64,000 nucleotides of DNA from Sphingomonadaceae bacterium (GTDB lineage Bacteria; Pseudomonadota; Alphaproteobacteria; Sphingomonadales; Sphingomonadaceae), in the NCBI GenBank assembly GCA_046348625.1, contig JAXMDX010000010.1, positions 32,055 through 96,054 on the forward strand. Reading direction: 5' to 3'. The stretch's first letter is position 1; every line of letters begins with the position of its first letter. The notes beneath the pieces are model-generated. The model saw nothing but the letters and a program-made list of their open reading frames with translations. It had not been told where the DNA came from and did not search any database. The position numbers and the translations under genes are program-made. This document shows, one piece after another, positions 49,259 to 58,072 of the stretch.

Positions 49259-49789
49259 TTAGCCGCCACTAATATGAGCCTCGTAGAATGCGTAGGCTAG
49301 CTCTGGCTGCTCAACGAGGCTGGACCAGAAGGGAATGTGACGGGCATTTCCGATTTCGTGACGCCCTTCAAATTCGTTGACAAAAAACTCAGTGAGGTTG
49401 GCGCCATAGTAGACCGTATCGAATCCATACATCGAGAAGACAGGATTGCCACTGAGATGTGGGGTCTCTGGTATAAACCTGTGACCAACTATCGGGATTA
49501 GCCGCGGCGCCCTCGATAGCGCGTCACGAAGCGCCTCGGCACGCTCGCCAGGCGATTTCGGGCGTTCTCCCCAGCTTGGCCACCAAAAGCCGTTCTCGAC
49601 GTCAAATAGCAACATCTCATAGGGCCAGTTCAACATTTCTCGAATGCCCGGGTCTTCGGTGTTCCAATTGTAACCGTCAGTCGGACTCCGTTCATTGAGC
49701 AAGGCGACGAGGTCCGGAGGGAATTGAAGGTTGTAGCGGTCCTGCGCCTGTTGCAACTCAATCAGCGAGTAACCGTGTGTCCATGACAT
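49259..49789 (-). CDS. SMI1/KNR4 (SUKH-superfamily) immunity-type protein
   Basis: 176 aa. N-terminal LIELQQAQDRYNLQFPPDLVALLNE matches the SMI1_KNR4 pattern (ligand-helix plus LP.dy..fl). The body is Trp/Phe-rich. Lies in the low-GC segment. Confidence 0.65.
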   Translation of the reverse strand: MSWTHGYSLIELQQAQDRYNLQFPPDLVALLNERSPTDGYNWNTEDPGIREMLNWPYEMLLFDVENGFWWPSWGERPKSPGERAEALRDALSRAPRLIPIVGHRFIPETPHLSGNPVFSMYGFDTVYYGANLTEFFVNEFEGRHEIGNARHIPFWSSLVEQPELAYAFYEAHISGG

Positions 49790-49927
49790 ATCGTTGATTT
49801 ACGCCACAAACCCCGACGTCTGCAATCCACCCCAAAGTCGTCATTCTCGTGGCGCCGCATTCGGCGAGTTGCAGACATGGGCACCGACGCGTATCCTTCG
49901 CTTAGAGCACGTCGTGGAGATGGTTTG

Positions 49928-50611
49928 ATGGGTCCAGTAGACATCCGGCCAGCACGCGGTGTGACATCGCTAGCCATCTTCATTGCGTCTGCTTCTGGCG
50001 CATTCGCCCAAACTGAACCAACGAATGTAAAAACTTCGATTGATCCAGTAATGTGCGAGCTGCACATCTGGCCGACGGATAAATTTGCGGTAACCGAAAA
50101 CCTAGGCGGGGCGAATTTGGGATTGGCCGGTGCGTTGCTGGACGATGCTATGAGGCTGAAGTCCCCCGAGGGGGTTGCCGAGCAGATCAAGCATCAGCTT
50201 GATCCGGTCGAGCAAGCGAGGATCATCAAAGAAGTCGACCCGGCTGCACTTTTCAGACTTTCTGGCTATCGCGTCGTTATAGAGTCGGCTGCAGATCAGC
50301 CTATCTGGACCTTGGATCGACTAAAGAGCGACGAGAGCATTCGAAAAGTTCATTCCGCGTGCCATGCCGAGATGGCCATCATCTCTCAGCAGTATCTACA
50401 TCAGGCAATTGGGACACGCCTAAGGACGCTTGTATGGTACCGCGAGTATAGCGGTTCGACCCCTAAGGTAAGGGTGCTTGACACAACTGCTACCAAGGCA
50501 GCCGACTTCCCCGCTGAACGAGCCGACCGCATTCCCGCTTCAACGGCATCAGTGCAGGCCGCCTTTCGCGAGAACCTTATCAAGTTCGCCAAGGACAAGC
50601 TTAAGCGATAG
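49928..50611 (+). CDS. hypothetical exported protein
   Basis: ORF 49877..50611 trimmed to ATG 49928. The N-terminus MGPVDIRPARGVTSLAIFIASASGAFAQ looks like a signal peptide. No family recognised. Lies in the low-GC segment. Confidence 0.5.
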   Translation: MGPVDIRPARGVTSLAIFIASASGAFAQTEPTNVKTSIDPVMCELHIWPTDKFAVTENLGGANLGLAGALLDDAMRLKSPEGVAEQIKHQLDPVEQARIIKEVDPAALFRLSGYRVVIESAADQPIWTLDRLKSDESIRKVHSACHAEMAIISQQYLHQAIGTRLRTLVWYREYSGSTPKVRVLDTTATKAADFPAERADRIPASTASVQAAFRENLIKFAKDKLKR

Positions 50612-50844
50612 GCCGCTAGCGAAGGGCAGCTTTCCACCCCAAAGTCGACATACGCTAATTCACATGGAACTTCAGAAGCACCGAACCGGCATCAAAAGAC
50701 AATCGACACTTTAGCCGATCCTCAGTCAGGCCTTCGCAAGAAAATAGCCCTTTCCTATTCGTTCCGAATCTGCTCCATCCTGCGGGATGAAGCCTCAGAC
50801 TCTTCTCTCCATTGGCCAACGTGGCGCCATCGCGCCGGAGCAGG

Positions 50845-50897
50845 CCTCAGCCGGTATCATTTTACCGGAAGGGAATGACAAGTTTGACAAGTTCCGG
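50845..50897 (+). repeat. 53-nt repeat element, copy B (looser similarity from about 50811)
   Basis: CCTCAGCCGGTATCATTTTACCGGAAGGGAATGACAAGTTTGACAAGTTCCGG matches copy A at 47 of 53 positions. It lies 117 nt upstream of the infA ATG. Confidence 0.7.
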
Positions 50898-50961
50898 ATG
50901 AAACGCCCGTCCCCCGGCCGCGGTTTGGGCGTCGATTCCGCGCCATCTTCCCTTTCGGCCG

Positions 50962-50990
50962 TTCGCGCGCTAAGGACGCGCAAATTTTTT
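50962..50990 (+). terminator. terminator-like hairpin plus T-run immediately upstream of infA
   Basis: TT-c-GCGCG-ctaagga-CGCGC-a-AA is followed by TTTTTT (50985-50990). It lies 24 nt before the infA ATG. The stem is short, so the call is tentative. Confidence 0.4.
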
Positions 50991-51013
50991 GCAGGATTTG
51001 CCAACAGGACTTT

Positions 51014-51232
51014 ATGGCCAAGGAAGAACTTCTTGAAATGCGGGGCACCGTGGTTGAGCTTTTGCCAAATGCGATGTTCCGTGTGAAACTCGAAAACGAT
51101 CATGAAATTCTGGGCCATACAGCCGGAAAGATGCGCAAGAATCGCATCCGCGTGCTGACGGGGGACGATGTGCTCGTTGAACTCACGCCCTATGATCTGA
51201 CCAAGGGCCGGATCACCTATCGCTTCAAATAA
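51014..51232 (+). CDS. infA: translation initiation factor IF-1
   Basis: 72 aa, [72 protein letters not shown], a near-canonical IF-1. Confidence 0.97.
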   Translation: MAKEELLEMRGTVVELLPNAMFRVKLENDHEILGHTAGKMRKNRIRVLTGDDVLVELTPYDLTKGRITYRFK

Positions 51233-51254
51233 TTCTCCGCGCGGCGCCGATCCG

Positions 51255-51827
51255 ATGCCGCTGATTCTGGCCTCCGCAAGCCCAAGGCGCGTTGACCTGC
51301 TCTTGCGGCTCGGCGTTGTAGCCGATGCGATCGATCCGGCAGACATCGATGAAAGCCCCCTCAAGGGCGAAGTGCCCCATCTCTATGCACGGCGGATGGC
51401 GGCCGAAAAGGCAGGGGCTGTCGCCGCCCGGCATCCCGGAAGCCTCGTCCTGGCTGCCGACACGGTGGTCGCCGCTGGGCGCCGCATCCTGCCCAAGGCG
51501 GAGACCGAAGCGGAGGCACTGGCCTGCCTGTCGCTCCTGTCCGGCCGGCGTCACCGGGTGCTCAGCGCCGTCACTCTGGTGGACGGGCAAGGCAAGGCGC
51601 ACCACCGGCTGTCGACCTCGATCCTGACCTTCAAGCGGCTCGGGGCGGAGGACATATCCGCCTATCTCAAGACGGGCGAATGGCACGGAAAGGCGGGCGG
51701 CTATGCCATTCAAGGCCGCGCCGAGGCCTTTGTCCGCCACCTGTCCGGATCGCACAGCGGTGTCATGGGACTGCCGCTTTACGAGACGCGCGCCCTGCTT
51801 CAGTTGGCAGGCGTTGCCCTTGGCTGA
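51255..51827 (+). CDS. maf: Maf-family nucleoside-triphosphate pyrophosphatase
   Basis: 190 aa, LILASASPRR..LL......DIDE...... with C-terminal GAYGIQG-like GGYAIQG. Confidence 0.9.
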   Translation: MPLILASASPRRVDLLLRLGVVADAIDPADIDESPLKGEVPHLYARRMAAEKAGAVAARHPGSLVLAADTVVAAGRRILPKAETEAEALACLSLLSGRRHRVLSAVTLVDGQGKAHHRLSTSILTFKRLGAEDISAYLKTGEWHGKAGGYAIQGRAEAFVRHLSGSHSGVMGLPLYETRALLQLAGVALG

Positions 51828-52788
51828 ATGGCTTTACGAGCGCGGGATCGGTGAAGCGCGGGCAGCGCTTGTCAGTGATGGCCGGATCATCGAGGCGGCC
51901 ATCGAGTGCGACGACAGCGGACCGCGTGCCGGAGCTGTTGCCCTGGCCCGACTGGCCGGCGTGCTGGTGCCGCGCTTGCAGGGGCGCGTGACCCTTCCGG
52001 GGCAAGGCGACGCGTTGCTTGATGGCATCCCGCCCGGGATCAGCGAAGGCGCATCGCTGAAGGTCCGCATCGTTCGCGAGGCAATCCCCGAGCCGGGTCG
52101 CAACAAGCTGCCCAAAGCTGTCGCGGTGCTTGATGACGCCGAACCGGCGACCGGGCCCGATCTGCTTGCGCGGATCACCGCCAGCGGACATGCCGTCCGC
52201 CACTGCCATCCGCATGAGGCCGACCTGTTCGAAGCCTCAGGCTGGTCCGAAGTGCTGGACGAGGCAGAGCGCGGGGAGATCGCCTTTCCGGGCGGCGTCC
52301 TGCGGCTCTCAGTCACGCCCGCGATGACGCTGTTCGATGTGGACGGCAGCCTGCCGCCGGCACCTCTCTCGCTCGCGGCGGCCACAGCCGTCGGTGAAGC
52401 CATCGTGCGGCACGGCATTGGCGGTTCGATTGGTGTCGACTTCCCGACGATGCCCGACAAGACTGCCCGCAAGGCGGCCAGCGATGCGTTCGATGCCGCG
52501 CTCCCCCAGCCGTTCGAGCGCACCGCGATCAACGGGTTCGGCTTCATGCAGATCGTGCGTCGCCGGGTCCGCGCCTCGCTTCCCGAGACTGTGCGGGGCG
52601 ACCCGGTGGGCGCCGCTCTGCGCGCTGCGTTGCGGCGCATCGAACGCGAAACCGGTCCGGGTGTCCAGCAACTGAGGCTCCCGCCAGCCCTGCACGCGCG
52701 GCTCTCCGCCCGACCGGACTGGATCGCGGAGCTTGAACGCCGGACGGGCCGACCCTTTGGGACAGCAGAGGAGCCTCCCTCCGGCTGA
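51820..52788 (+). CDS. short RNase E/G-family protein (start uncertain)
   Basis: Same frame as ORF 51703..52788, whose first roughly 40 aa overlap maf. Likely TTG starts are at 51814 or 51820 (LAEWLYERGIGEARAALV). The core TLFDVDG...GGSIGVDFP...NGFGFMQIVRRR resembles the RNase E/G catalytic region. The position after infA-maf supports the call. Confidence 0.65.
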   Translation: MAEWLYERGIGEARAALVSDGRIIEAAIECDDSGPRAGAVALARLAGVLVPRLQGRVTLPGQGDALLDGIPPGISEGASLKVRIVREAIPEPGRNKLPKAVAVLDDAEPATGPDLLARITASGHAVRHCHPHEADLFEASGWSEVLDEAERGEIAFPGGVLRLSVTPAMTLFDVDGSLPPAPLSLAAATAVGEAIVRHGIGGSIGVDFPTMPDKTARKAASDAFDAALPQPFERTAINGFGFMQIVRRRVRASLPETVRGDPVGAALRAALRRIERETGPGVQQLRLPPALHARLSARPDWIAELERRTGRPFGTAEEPPSG

Positions 52789-54060
52789 TCAGCCTTGCTG
52801 TTCGCGCGCCTCTTCGCGCCAGCCAATGTCCCTGCGGCAGAACCCGGTCGGGAAATCGATCGCATCCACGACGGCATAGGCGGCAGCGCGCGCACCCGTG
52901 ACGCTCGGGGCCGTTGCCGTCACGTTGAGGACGCGGCCGCCGCTGGCAATCAGCTGGCCATCGCGGATCGCCGTGCCCGCGTGGAAAACCTTGACGGCGC
53001 CGGTATCCCCTATGGTGATCCGGGCACCTTTCTCCGGCGTGCCGGGGTATCCCCTGGCGGCCATGACGACAGTCAGCGCGACATCGTCTGCGAAGACGGG
53101 CGGCTCTGCGGCGGCCAGCTGTCCCCTGGCAATCGCCAGAAGCAACTCGGCCAGATCACCGGCGAAGCGCATCATCAGCACCTGGCATTCCGGATCGCCG
53201 AAGCGGCAGTTATACTCGATCAGCTTGGGGCCATCCGCTGTCAGCATCAGTCCGGCATAGAGCACTCCATTATAGGGGGTGCCCGCCGCTGCCATTGCCG
53301 CCACGGTCGGCTCGATGATCTGGGCCATGACGCGCGCCTCAAGCGCGGGTGTCAGGACGCGCGCAGGGCTGTAAGCGCCCATTCCGCCGGTATTGGGACC
53401 GACATCGCCATCGCCTACCCGCTTGTGATCTTGCGCCGATCCGAACGCGACGATGCTCGTGCCGTCTGTCAGGGCGAAGAAGCTGGCTTCCTCGCCGGTC
53501 ATGAACTCCTCGATCACGACTTCGGCCCCTGCATCGCCGAACCCGCCACTGAACATGTCCACGATTGCGGCTTTGGCCTCTGCGCCCGTTTCGGCGATGA
53601 TGACGCCCTTGCCCGCAGCAAGACCGTCGGCCTTGATCACGACTGGCAGGCCGAAGCGCGGCAAGTCCGCCAACGCCGCGTCCTTGTCATCATGCCGCGC
53701 ATACGCCGCAGTCGGGATATGGGCGCGCGCGCACAAGTCCTTGGTAAAGCCTTTGGACCCTTCGAGTTGCGCGGCCGCGGCACTTGGGCCGAAGACAGCG
53801 ACGCCCGCGCCCCGCAGCACGTCCGCCAGACCATCGACCAGCGGACCTTCCGGGCCGATCACGACCAGACCGATATCGTGGCCCGCACAGAAGGCCACAA
53901 CCGCTGCGTGATCAGCGATCGTCAGATCGACCAGTTCCGCTTCCTCGGCAATGCCGGGGTTGCCCGGAGCCGCATAGAGTGTATCGCACAAGGGCGATTG
54001 CGCGAGCTTCCATGCCAGCGCATGTTCACGCCCGCCGCTGCCGATCAAAAGGATATTCAT
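52789..54060 (-). CDS. purD: phosphoribosylamine--glycine ligase
   Basis: ORF 52789..54165 trimmed to ATG 54060 ([19 protein letters not shown]). ATP-grasp core and C-terminal GGRVL are present. Confidence 0.95.
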   Translation of the reverse strand: MNILLIGSGGREHALAWKLAQSPLCDTLYAAPGNPGIAEEAELVDLTIADHAAVVAFCAGHDIGLVVIGPEGPLVDGLADVLRGAGVAVFGPSAAAAQLEGSKGFTKDLCARAHIPTAAYARHDDKDAALADLPRFGLPVVIKADGLAAGKGVIIAETGAEAKAAIVDMFSGGFGDAGAEVVIEEFMTGEEASFFALTDGTSIVAFGSAQDHKRVGDGDVGPNTGGMGAYSPARVLTPALEARVMAQIIEPTVAAMAAAGTPYNGVLYAGLMLTADGPKLIEYNCRFGDPECQVLMMRFAGDLAELLLAIARGQLAAAEPPVFADDVALTVVMAARGYPGTPEKGARITIGDTGAVKVFHAGTAIRDGQLIASGGRVLNVTATAPSVTGARAAAYAVVDAIDFPTGFCRRDIGWREEAREQQG

Positions 54061-54088
54061 GGAAGAAGACACGCCCCCGCTTGATGAG

Positions 54089-55426
54089 ATGCGCCTCCTA
54101 GCCGAGGAACGGCAGGGCGACAATTCGGGTGTGCTTTCGGTCAGCGAAATATCGTCGGCCCTCAAGCGTCATGTCGAGCAGGGTTTTGGCCACGTCCGCA
54201 TCCGCGGCGAGATTTCGGGCTTCAAACGCGCAACGTCCGGCCATCTCTACCTTTCTCTGAAGGACGAGAATGCGAAGATCGACGGCGTGATGTGGAAAGG
54301 CAATGCCGCGCGCATCCCGTTCGTGCCCCAGGACGGTGTCGAGATCATCGCAACGGGCAAGCTCACCACATATCCGGGGCGCTCCAGCTACCAGATTGTC
54401 ATCGACTCGATGGAAATCGCAGGCGAAGGTGCCCTGCTGGCGCTGCTCGAAAAGCTGAAGGTCAAGCTCCAAGCCGAAGGGCTGTTCGATCCGGCACGCA
54501 AACGCCCGCTGCCTTTCCTGCCGCGCAGGATCGGGGTTGTGACTTCTCCAACTGGTGCGGTCATCCGTGATATCCTTCATAGACTGGCTGACCGATGCCC
54601 CACCCGCGTGATCGTCTGGCCCGTGCTGGTGCAGGGGCATGGCTCGGCGGAACAGGTCGCTGCGGCGGTTTCGGGCTTTTCGGCAATGCAGGGCGCGGAC
54701 CGTCCGGACCTGATTATCGTCGCACGCGGCGGCGGGTCGATCGAGGATCTGTGGGGCTTCAACGAAGAAATCGTCGTCCGGGCAGTGGCCACATCCACAA
54801 TCCCGGTCATTTCCGCGGTCGGGCACGAAACCGACACGACCCTGTGCGATTTTGCGGCAGATGTCCGCGCACCGACGCCAACGGCTGCAGCTGAGCTTGC
54901 GGTTCCGGTGCGCGCGGAACTGCTCGCGGGCCTGCAATCGGCGCAGGCCCGCGCCTTGCGAGCCGTGCGCCGCTATGCCGAACGTGCCGATGAGCGGCTG
55001 ATCGCCACGGCGCGGCGATTGCCTTCGCTGGATACGCTCCTTGGTCCGCAAAGGCAGAAGGTCGATGATTTCAGTGACCGGTTGCGTCGAGGGCTCTCGC
55101 ATCGCCTTTCGGACGCTCGCGGTGACCTCGCCCGGGTCAGTGGAGCGCTTCGGCCCGTAATGATGACGCAGCGCTTGGCCAATGCCGAACAACGCCTGGC
55201 GCAGATCTGGAGGCTAGCGGAGTCGCTCCATCCCGAAAAGCCGCTGCAACGCGGCTATGTTCTGGTGAAAGACCGACAGGGCGGAGTCGTGAGCAGCGTT
55301 GCAAATGCCAATCGCGCCAAGATGCTCACCCTGACCTTTGCGGATGGTGAAGTCCCGGTGCGGGTTGAGCAAGAGGGCAGACCGGCCTATGATCGTCCAA
55401 AGCCCGACCAGCCAAGCCTGCTGTGA
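54089..55426 (+). CDS. xseA: exodeoxyribonuclease VII large subunit
   Basis: The ORF starts at 54059, overlapping the purD start codon, so I prefer internal ATG 54089. [30 protein letters not shown], an OB fold and [10 protein letters not shown] are present. Confidence 0.9.
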   Translation: MRLLAEERQGDNSGVLSVSEISSALKRHVEQGFGHVRIRGEISGFKRATSGHLYLSLKDENAKIDGVMWKGNAARIPFVPQDGVEIIATGKLTTYPGRSSYQIVIDSMEIAGEGALLALLEKLKVKLQAEGLFDPARKRPLPFLPRRIGVVTSPTGAVIRDILHRLADRCPTRVIVWPVLVQGHGSAEQVAAAVSGFSAMQGADRPDLIIVARGGGSIEDLWGFNEEIVVRAVATSTIPVISAVGHETDTTLCDFAADVRAPTPTAAAELAVPVRAELLAGLQSAQARALRAVRRYAERADERLIATARRLPSLDTLLGPQRQKVDDFSDRLRRGLSHRLSDARGDLARVSGALRPVMMTQRLANAEQRLAQIWRLAESLHPEKPLQRGYVLVKDRQGGVVSSVANANRAKMLTLTFADGEVPVRVEQEGRPAYDRPKPDQPSLL

Positions 55427-55647
55427 CGGCAAATGAAGGTTTGATGCCAATGTTGATGTCTCAAGGCCGGACGGCGAAGCTCCACTATATGGCGAATGGA
55501 TTTCGTGTTCTCGCTCAGGGTGAGCATGTTGTTTGCGCCAAATCCGGCGCACCGATCCCGCTGGACTTGCTGCGTTATTGGAGCGTTGCCCGTCAGGAGC
55601 CCTATGCGACCGCAGAAATAGCGACAAAGGCCATGCTGGAGGAATGA
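55423..55647 (+). CDS. small conserved hypothetical protein (DUF2093-like)
   Basis: 74 aa. GTG start overlaps the xseA stop (GTGA); later ATGs are possible. [44 protein letters not shown] resembles the alphaproteobacterial DUF2093 family (from memory). Confidence 0.5.
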   Translation: MTANEGLMPMLMSQGRTAKLHYMANGFRVLAQGEHVVCAKSGAPIPLDLLRYWSVARQEPYATAEIATKAMLEE

Positions 55648-56513
55648 CCTCATTCCGCACCGCAACGGTGCTTTTGGGACTTCTGCTCCTTTTTACAAGG
55701 GCCGATGCAGCGCCCCAACCTGCGGCAAAAGGTTTACCTGCTGCCGAGCAGCCTTCCGGGCCCTTTCAGATCAATCACCAACCGCAACAAGGTGCATTGG
55801 TTCGCGGCGTCGTTCCGCCGCGCACGATCCAGCTTGTGATCGACGGCCATGACGTGCCCTTTGCCCCGGATCGTCATTTTATTGCAGGCTTTGGGCGTGA
55901 CTTTGGGCCGGCCACTGTCCTGACTGCAGTCCTCGACGACGGGACCTGCATTACCCAAACATTGCCGGTGACCCCCACCCGCTGGATTGTGGAAAACCTC
56001 TCCCGCCTGCCGCATTATTCCGGGCCAGACGCAGAATTCGAAGCACGGCGACCGGCCGAACTTGAACAGATCGCGTCCGCGCGCAAGATCGTCACCGGTG
56101 CCCAGGGGTGGCGACAGGATTTCATCTGGCCAGTCCCGGGACGCATCACCGGGCATTTCGGAGCGCAACGAATCTATGCCGGTTCGCCCGGCGCGCCTCA
56201 TGCCGGTGTCGATTTGGCGAGCGGAACAGGCACGCCGGTCTTGGCACCCGCAGACGGGGTCGTGATTCTGTCAGCAGCGCGACCGTTCACTCTTGAAGGC
56301 AATCTTGTGATGATCGACCACGGCATGGGGCTCAACAGTGCGTTCCTGCACCTTTCGCGCATCGACGTGAAACTTGGCGAAATGGTCCGCCAAGGTCAGA
56401 TTATTGGTGCTGTGGGCAAAACAGGACGTGCGACCGGTCCACATCTCCATTGGGGTCTGAAGTGGAATGATGAACGCATCGACCCGGCAATGTTGGCGCT
56501 TCCGAGCCGGTAG
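55644..56513 (+). CDS. M23-family metallopeptidase (exported)
   Basis: ORF 55533..56513 trimmed to ATG 55644 ([22 protein letters not shown]). Motifs HAGVDLASGTGTPVLAPADGVV and GPHLHWGL are present. Confidence 0.85.
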   Translation: MTSFRTATVLLGLLLLFTRADAAPQPAAKGLPAAEQPSGPFQINHQPQQGALVRGVVPPRTIQLVIDGHDVPFAPDRHFIAGFGRDFGPATVLTAVLDDGTCITQTLPVTPTRWIVENLSRLPHYSGPDAEFEARRPAELEQIASARKIVTGAQGWRQDFIWPVPGRITGHFGAQRIYAGSPGAPHAGVDLASGTGTPVLAPADGVVILSAARPFTLEGNLVMIDHGMGLNSAFLHLSRIDVKLGEMVRQGQIIGAVGKTGRATGPHLHWGLKWNDERIDPAMLALPSR

Positions 56514-56519
56514 CAGATC

Positions 56520-57260
56520 TCAGGATTGCAATGGGCGCCGGCGACCCGGCCAACGCAGGAAAAGCAGGATCGTTCCGAAAATGCCCAGCACCAATCCCCC
56601 AATCGCAAAGCCAAGGAGCCAGGGCGTATTGAAATTTTCATGGTTCTTCCAATCCATGATGTGGAGGCCCCAGAAAAAGTCGTAGAGACGCCATGTGCCA
56701 GTCCGGACCGCAGAAATTCGCCCATCCCCCGCCACGACATAAACCGCCGTATTGTCCGGATCGGCAAAGGCAACGCGCCAAGCCGGCAACGCGCCACGAT
56801 ATTCCGGGCTTTCCGCCGTCACGGCACGGACAGTAGTCGATGGCCTTGAAGCACTGCGCCAGGCTGCCAATGCGATCGCCGCAGCTTCCTCAGCGCTGAC
56901 GGGCCGTGCTGCCGCACCTGTCTCGGCATCGAACAGGCGTGTCCCTTTGGTCGTCTTCAACGCAGCAACGGGCCGATTCCCGAGCATGTGATATGTGATC
57001 GCCTCAACCGGCCCATCGGCAGAAGCGATCAAACGGTTCGAATCAACCACCTTCATGGCGTGCGGCAACGGTTTGACGGCCGCACGATCAACAAGATGTT
57101 CGCCGCGCACCTTTTCGATCGGCAGGAAACTCATCAGGGCTCCGCTGGAAAACCAGATCAGCAATTGGGCACCGATGAACAGCGCAAGCCACTTGTGACC
57201 CCGGCTGGCGACCAGATGGAGGCGGCTGCGGCTGCCAGCTTTGCCTGAATTCAGAACCAT
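56520..57260 (-). CDS. PepSY-associated TM-helix / PepSY domain membrane protein
   Basis: 246 aa. N-terminal HKWLALFIGAQLLIWFSSGALMSF and a C-terminal TM helix flank a periplasmic region. Overlaps the copB stop by 10 nt. Confidence 0.6.
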   Translation of the reverse strand: MVLNSGKAGSRSRLHLVASRGHKWLALFIGAQLLIWFSSGALMSFLPIEKVRGEHLVDRAAVKPLPHAMKVVDSNRLIASADGPVEAITYHMLGNRPVAALKTTKGTRLFDAETGAAARPVSAEEAAAIALAAWRSASRPSTTVRAVTAESPEYRGALPAWRVAFADPDNTAVYVVAGDGRISAVRTGTWRLYDFFWGLHIMDWKNHENFNTPWLLGFAIGGLVLGIFGTILLFLRWPGRRRPLQS

Positions 57261-58072
57261 GCCCTCACCCCAAAGACCAGACTCGTAGCCCTGACTCTGT
57301 CCCCCGCGGCGCGGGCGAAGCGAGCGCTGTCACCGAGCTTTCCCTCCCACGAAATGCCGACATAGGGCGCGAATTCGCGGCGGACTTCGTACCTCAGGCG
57401 AAGGCCAAGTTCAGCTTCCGTCAGGCCCGAGCCAATTCCATTCGCCGGGACATCCTGCGCGGCAAAGTTGAGTTCTGCTCTCGGCTGCAAGATCAGCCTC
57501 TGCTTGATGCGTTCATCGTAGGATCCCTCAAGGCGCGCGAGCACATCCCCCTTGTCCGACAGGAAGAGCGCACCTTCAAGCTTGACGAAATAAGGGGCCA
57601 ATCCCTCAAAGCCGACAGATGCGTAGCTGCGCGGCTGCCCAGGCTCGAAATCATGCCGAACACCCACTTGAAGGTTGAACCAGGGATCCAGCGCCCTTGA
57701 GTAAAGAGCGCGCACCTCACCTGCCTCGACGCCATGGCCCACCGCGCCTTCGCCTTCGGTCTTCAAGACAAAGCGATTGATATCGCCCCCAATCCATCCC
57801 TCGCCCTCCCAGCGATAGGCATCTCGGCCTCGCTGAACGCGAAACTCGGCAAGGTTGAACAACACACTATAGGACGTCATCCGGCCTGCTTCATGGCGAA
57901 GCAGATCTCTGGCCGGTGCCATCTGCTCGGAGCCAAAAACTGCATCAGCCGCGTGATCAGTCGGGGGTGCCGGGGCAGGCGTATCGCCGACCTCGCTTTC
58001 GGGTGCGCTCGTTTGCGCGTGGACCGGCGATGCCACCGCAATGCCAAGCACTATCCAATAATGGAGATTCAT
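57251..58072 (-). CDS. copB: copper resistance protein B (outer-membrane CopB/PcoB)
   Basis: ORF 57251..58144 trimmed to ATG 58072 (MNLHYWIVLGIAVASPVHAQ), with ATGA overlap on the copA stop. The beta-barrel-like C-terminus ends in W-F. Confidence 0.85.
   Translation of the reverse strand: MNLHYWIVLGIAVASPVHAQTSAPESEVGDTPAPAPPTDHAADAVFGSEQMAPARDLLRHEAGRMTSYSVLFNLAEFRVQRGRDAYRWEGEGWIGGDINRFVLKTEGEGAVGHGVEAGEVRALYSRALDPWFNLQVGVRHDFEPGQPRSYASVGFEGLAPYFVKLEGALFLSDKGDVLARLEGSYDERIKQRLILQPRAELNFAAQDVPANGIGSGLTEAELGLRLRYEVRREFAPYVGISWEGKLGDSARFARAAGDRVRATSLVFGVRAWF

Noticed and set aside
50795-51364. 189-aa ORF on the minus strand spanning infA and its leader.
   Set aside because: It is antisense to the near-canonical IF-1 gene and has a composition typical of a spurious frame.
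51828-51830. ATG immediately after the maf stop, as a possible start of the RNase E/G-like gene.
   Set aside because: It is out of frame with the long ORF and hits a stop after 8 codons. The in-frame candidates are TTG at 51814 and 51820.
54058-54061. Back-to-back overlapping start codons of purD (CAT on plus = ATG on minus) and the xseA ORF (ATG 54059).
   Set aside because: This is most simply explained by xseA actually starting at ATG 54089, which leaves a short divergent spacer. It was not pursued as a regulatory oddity.
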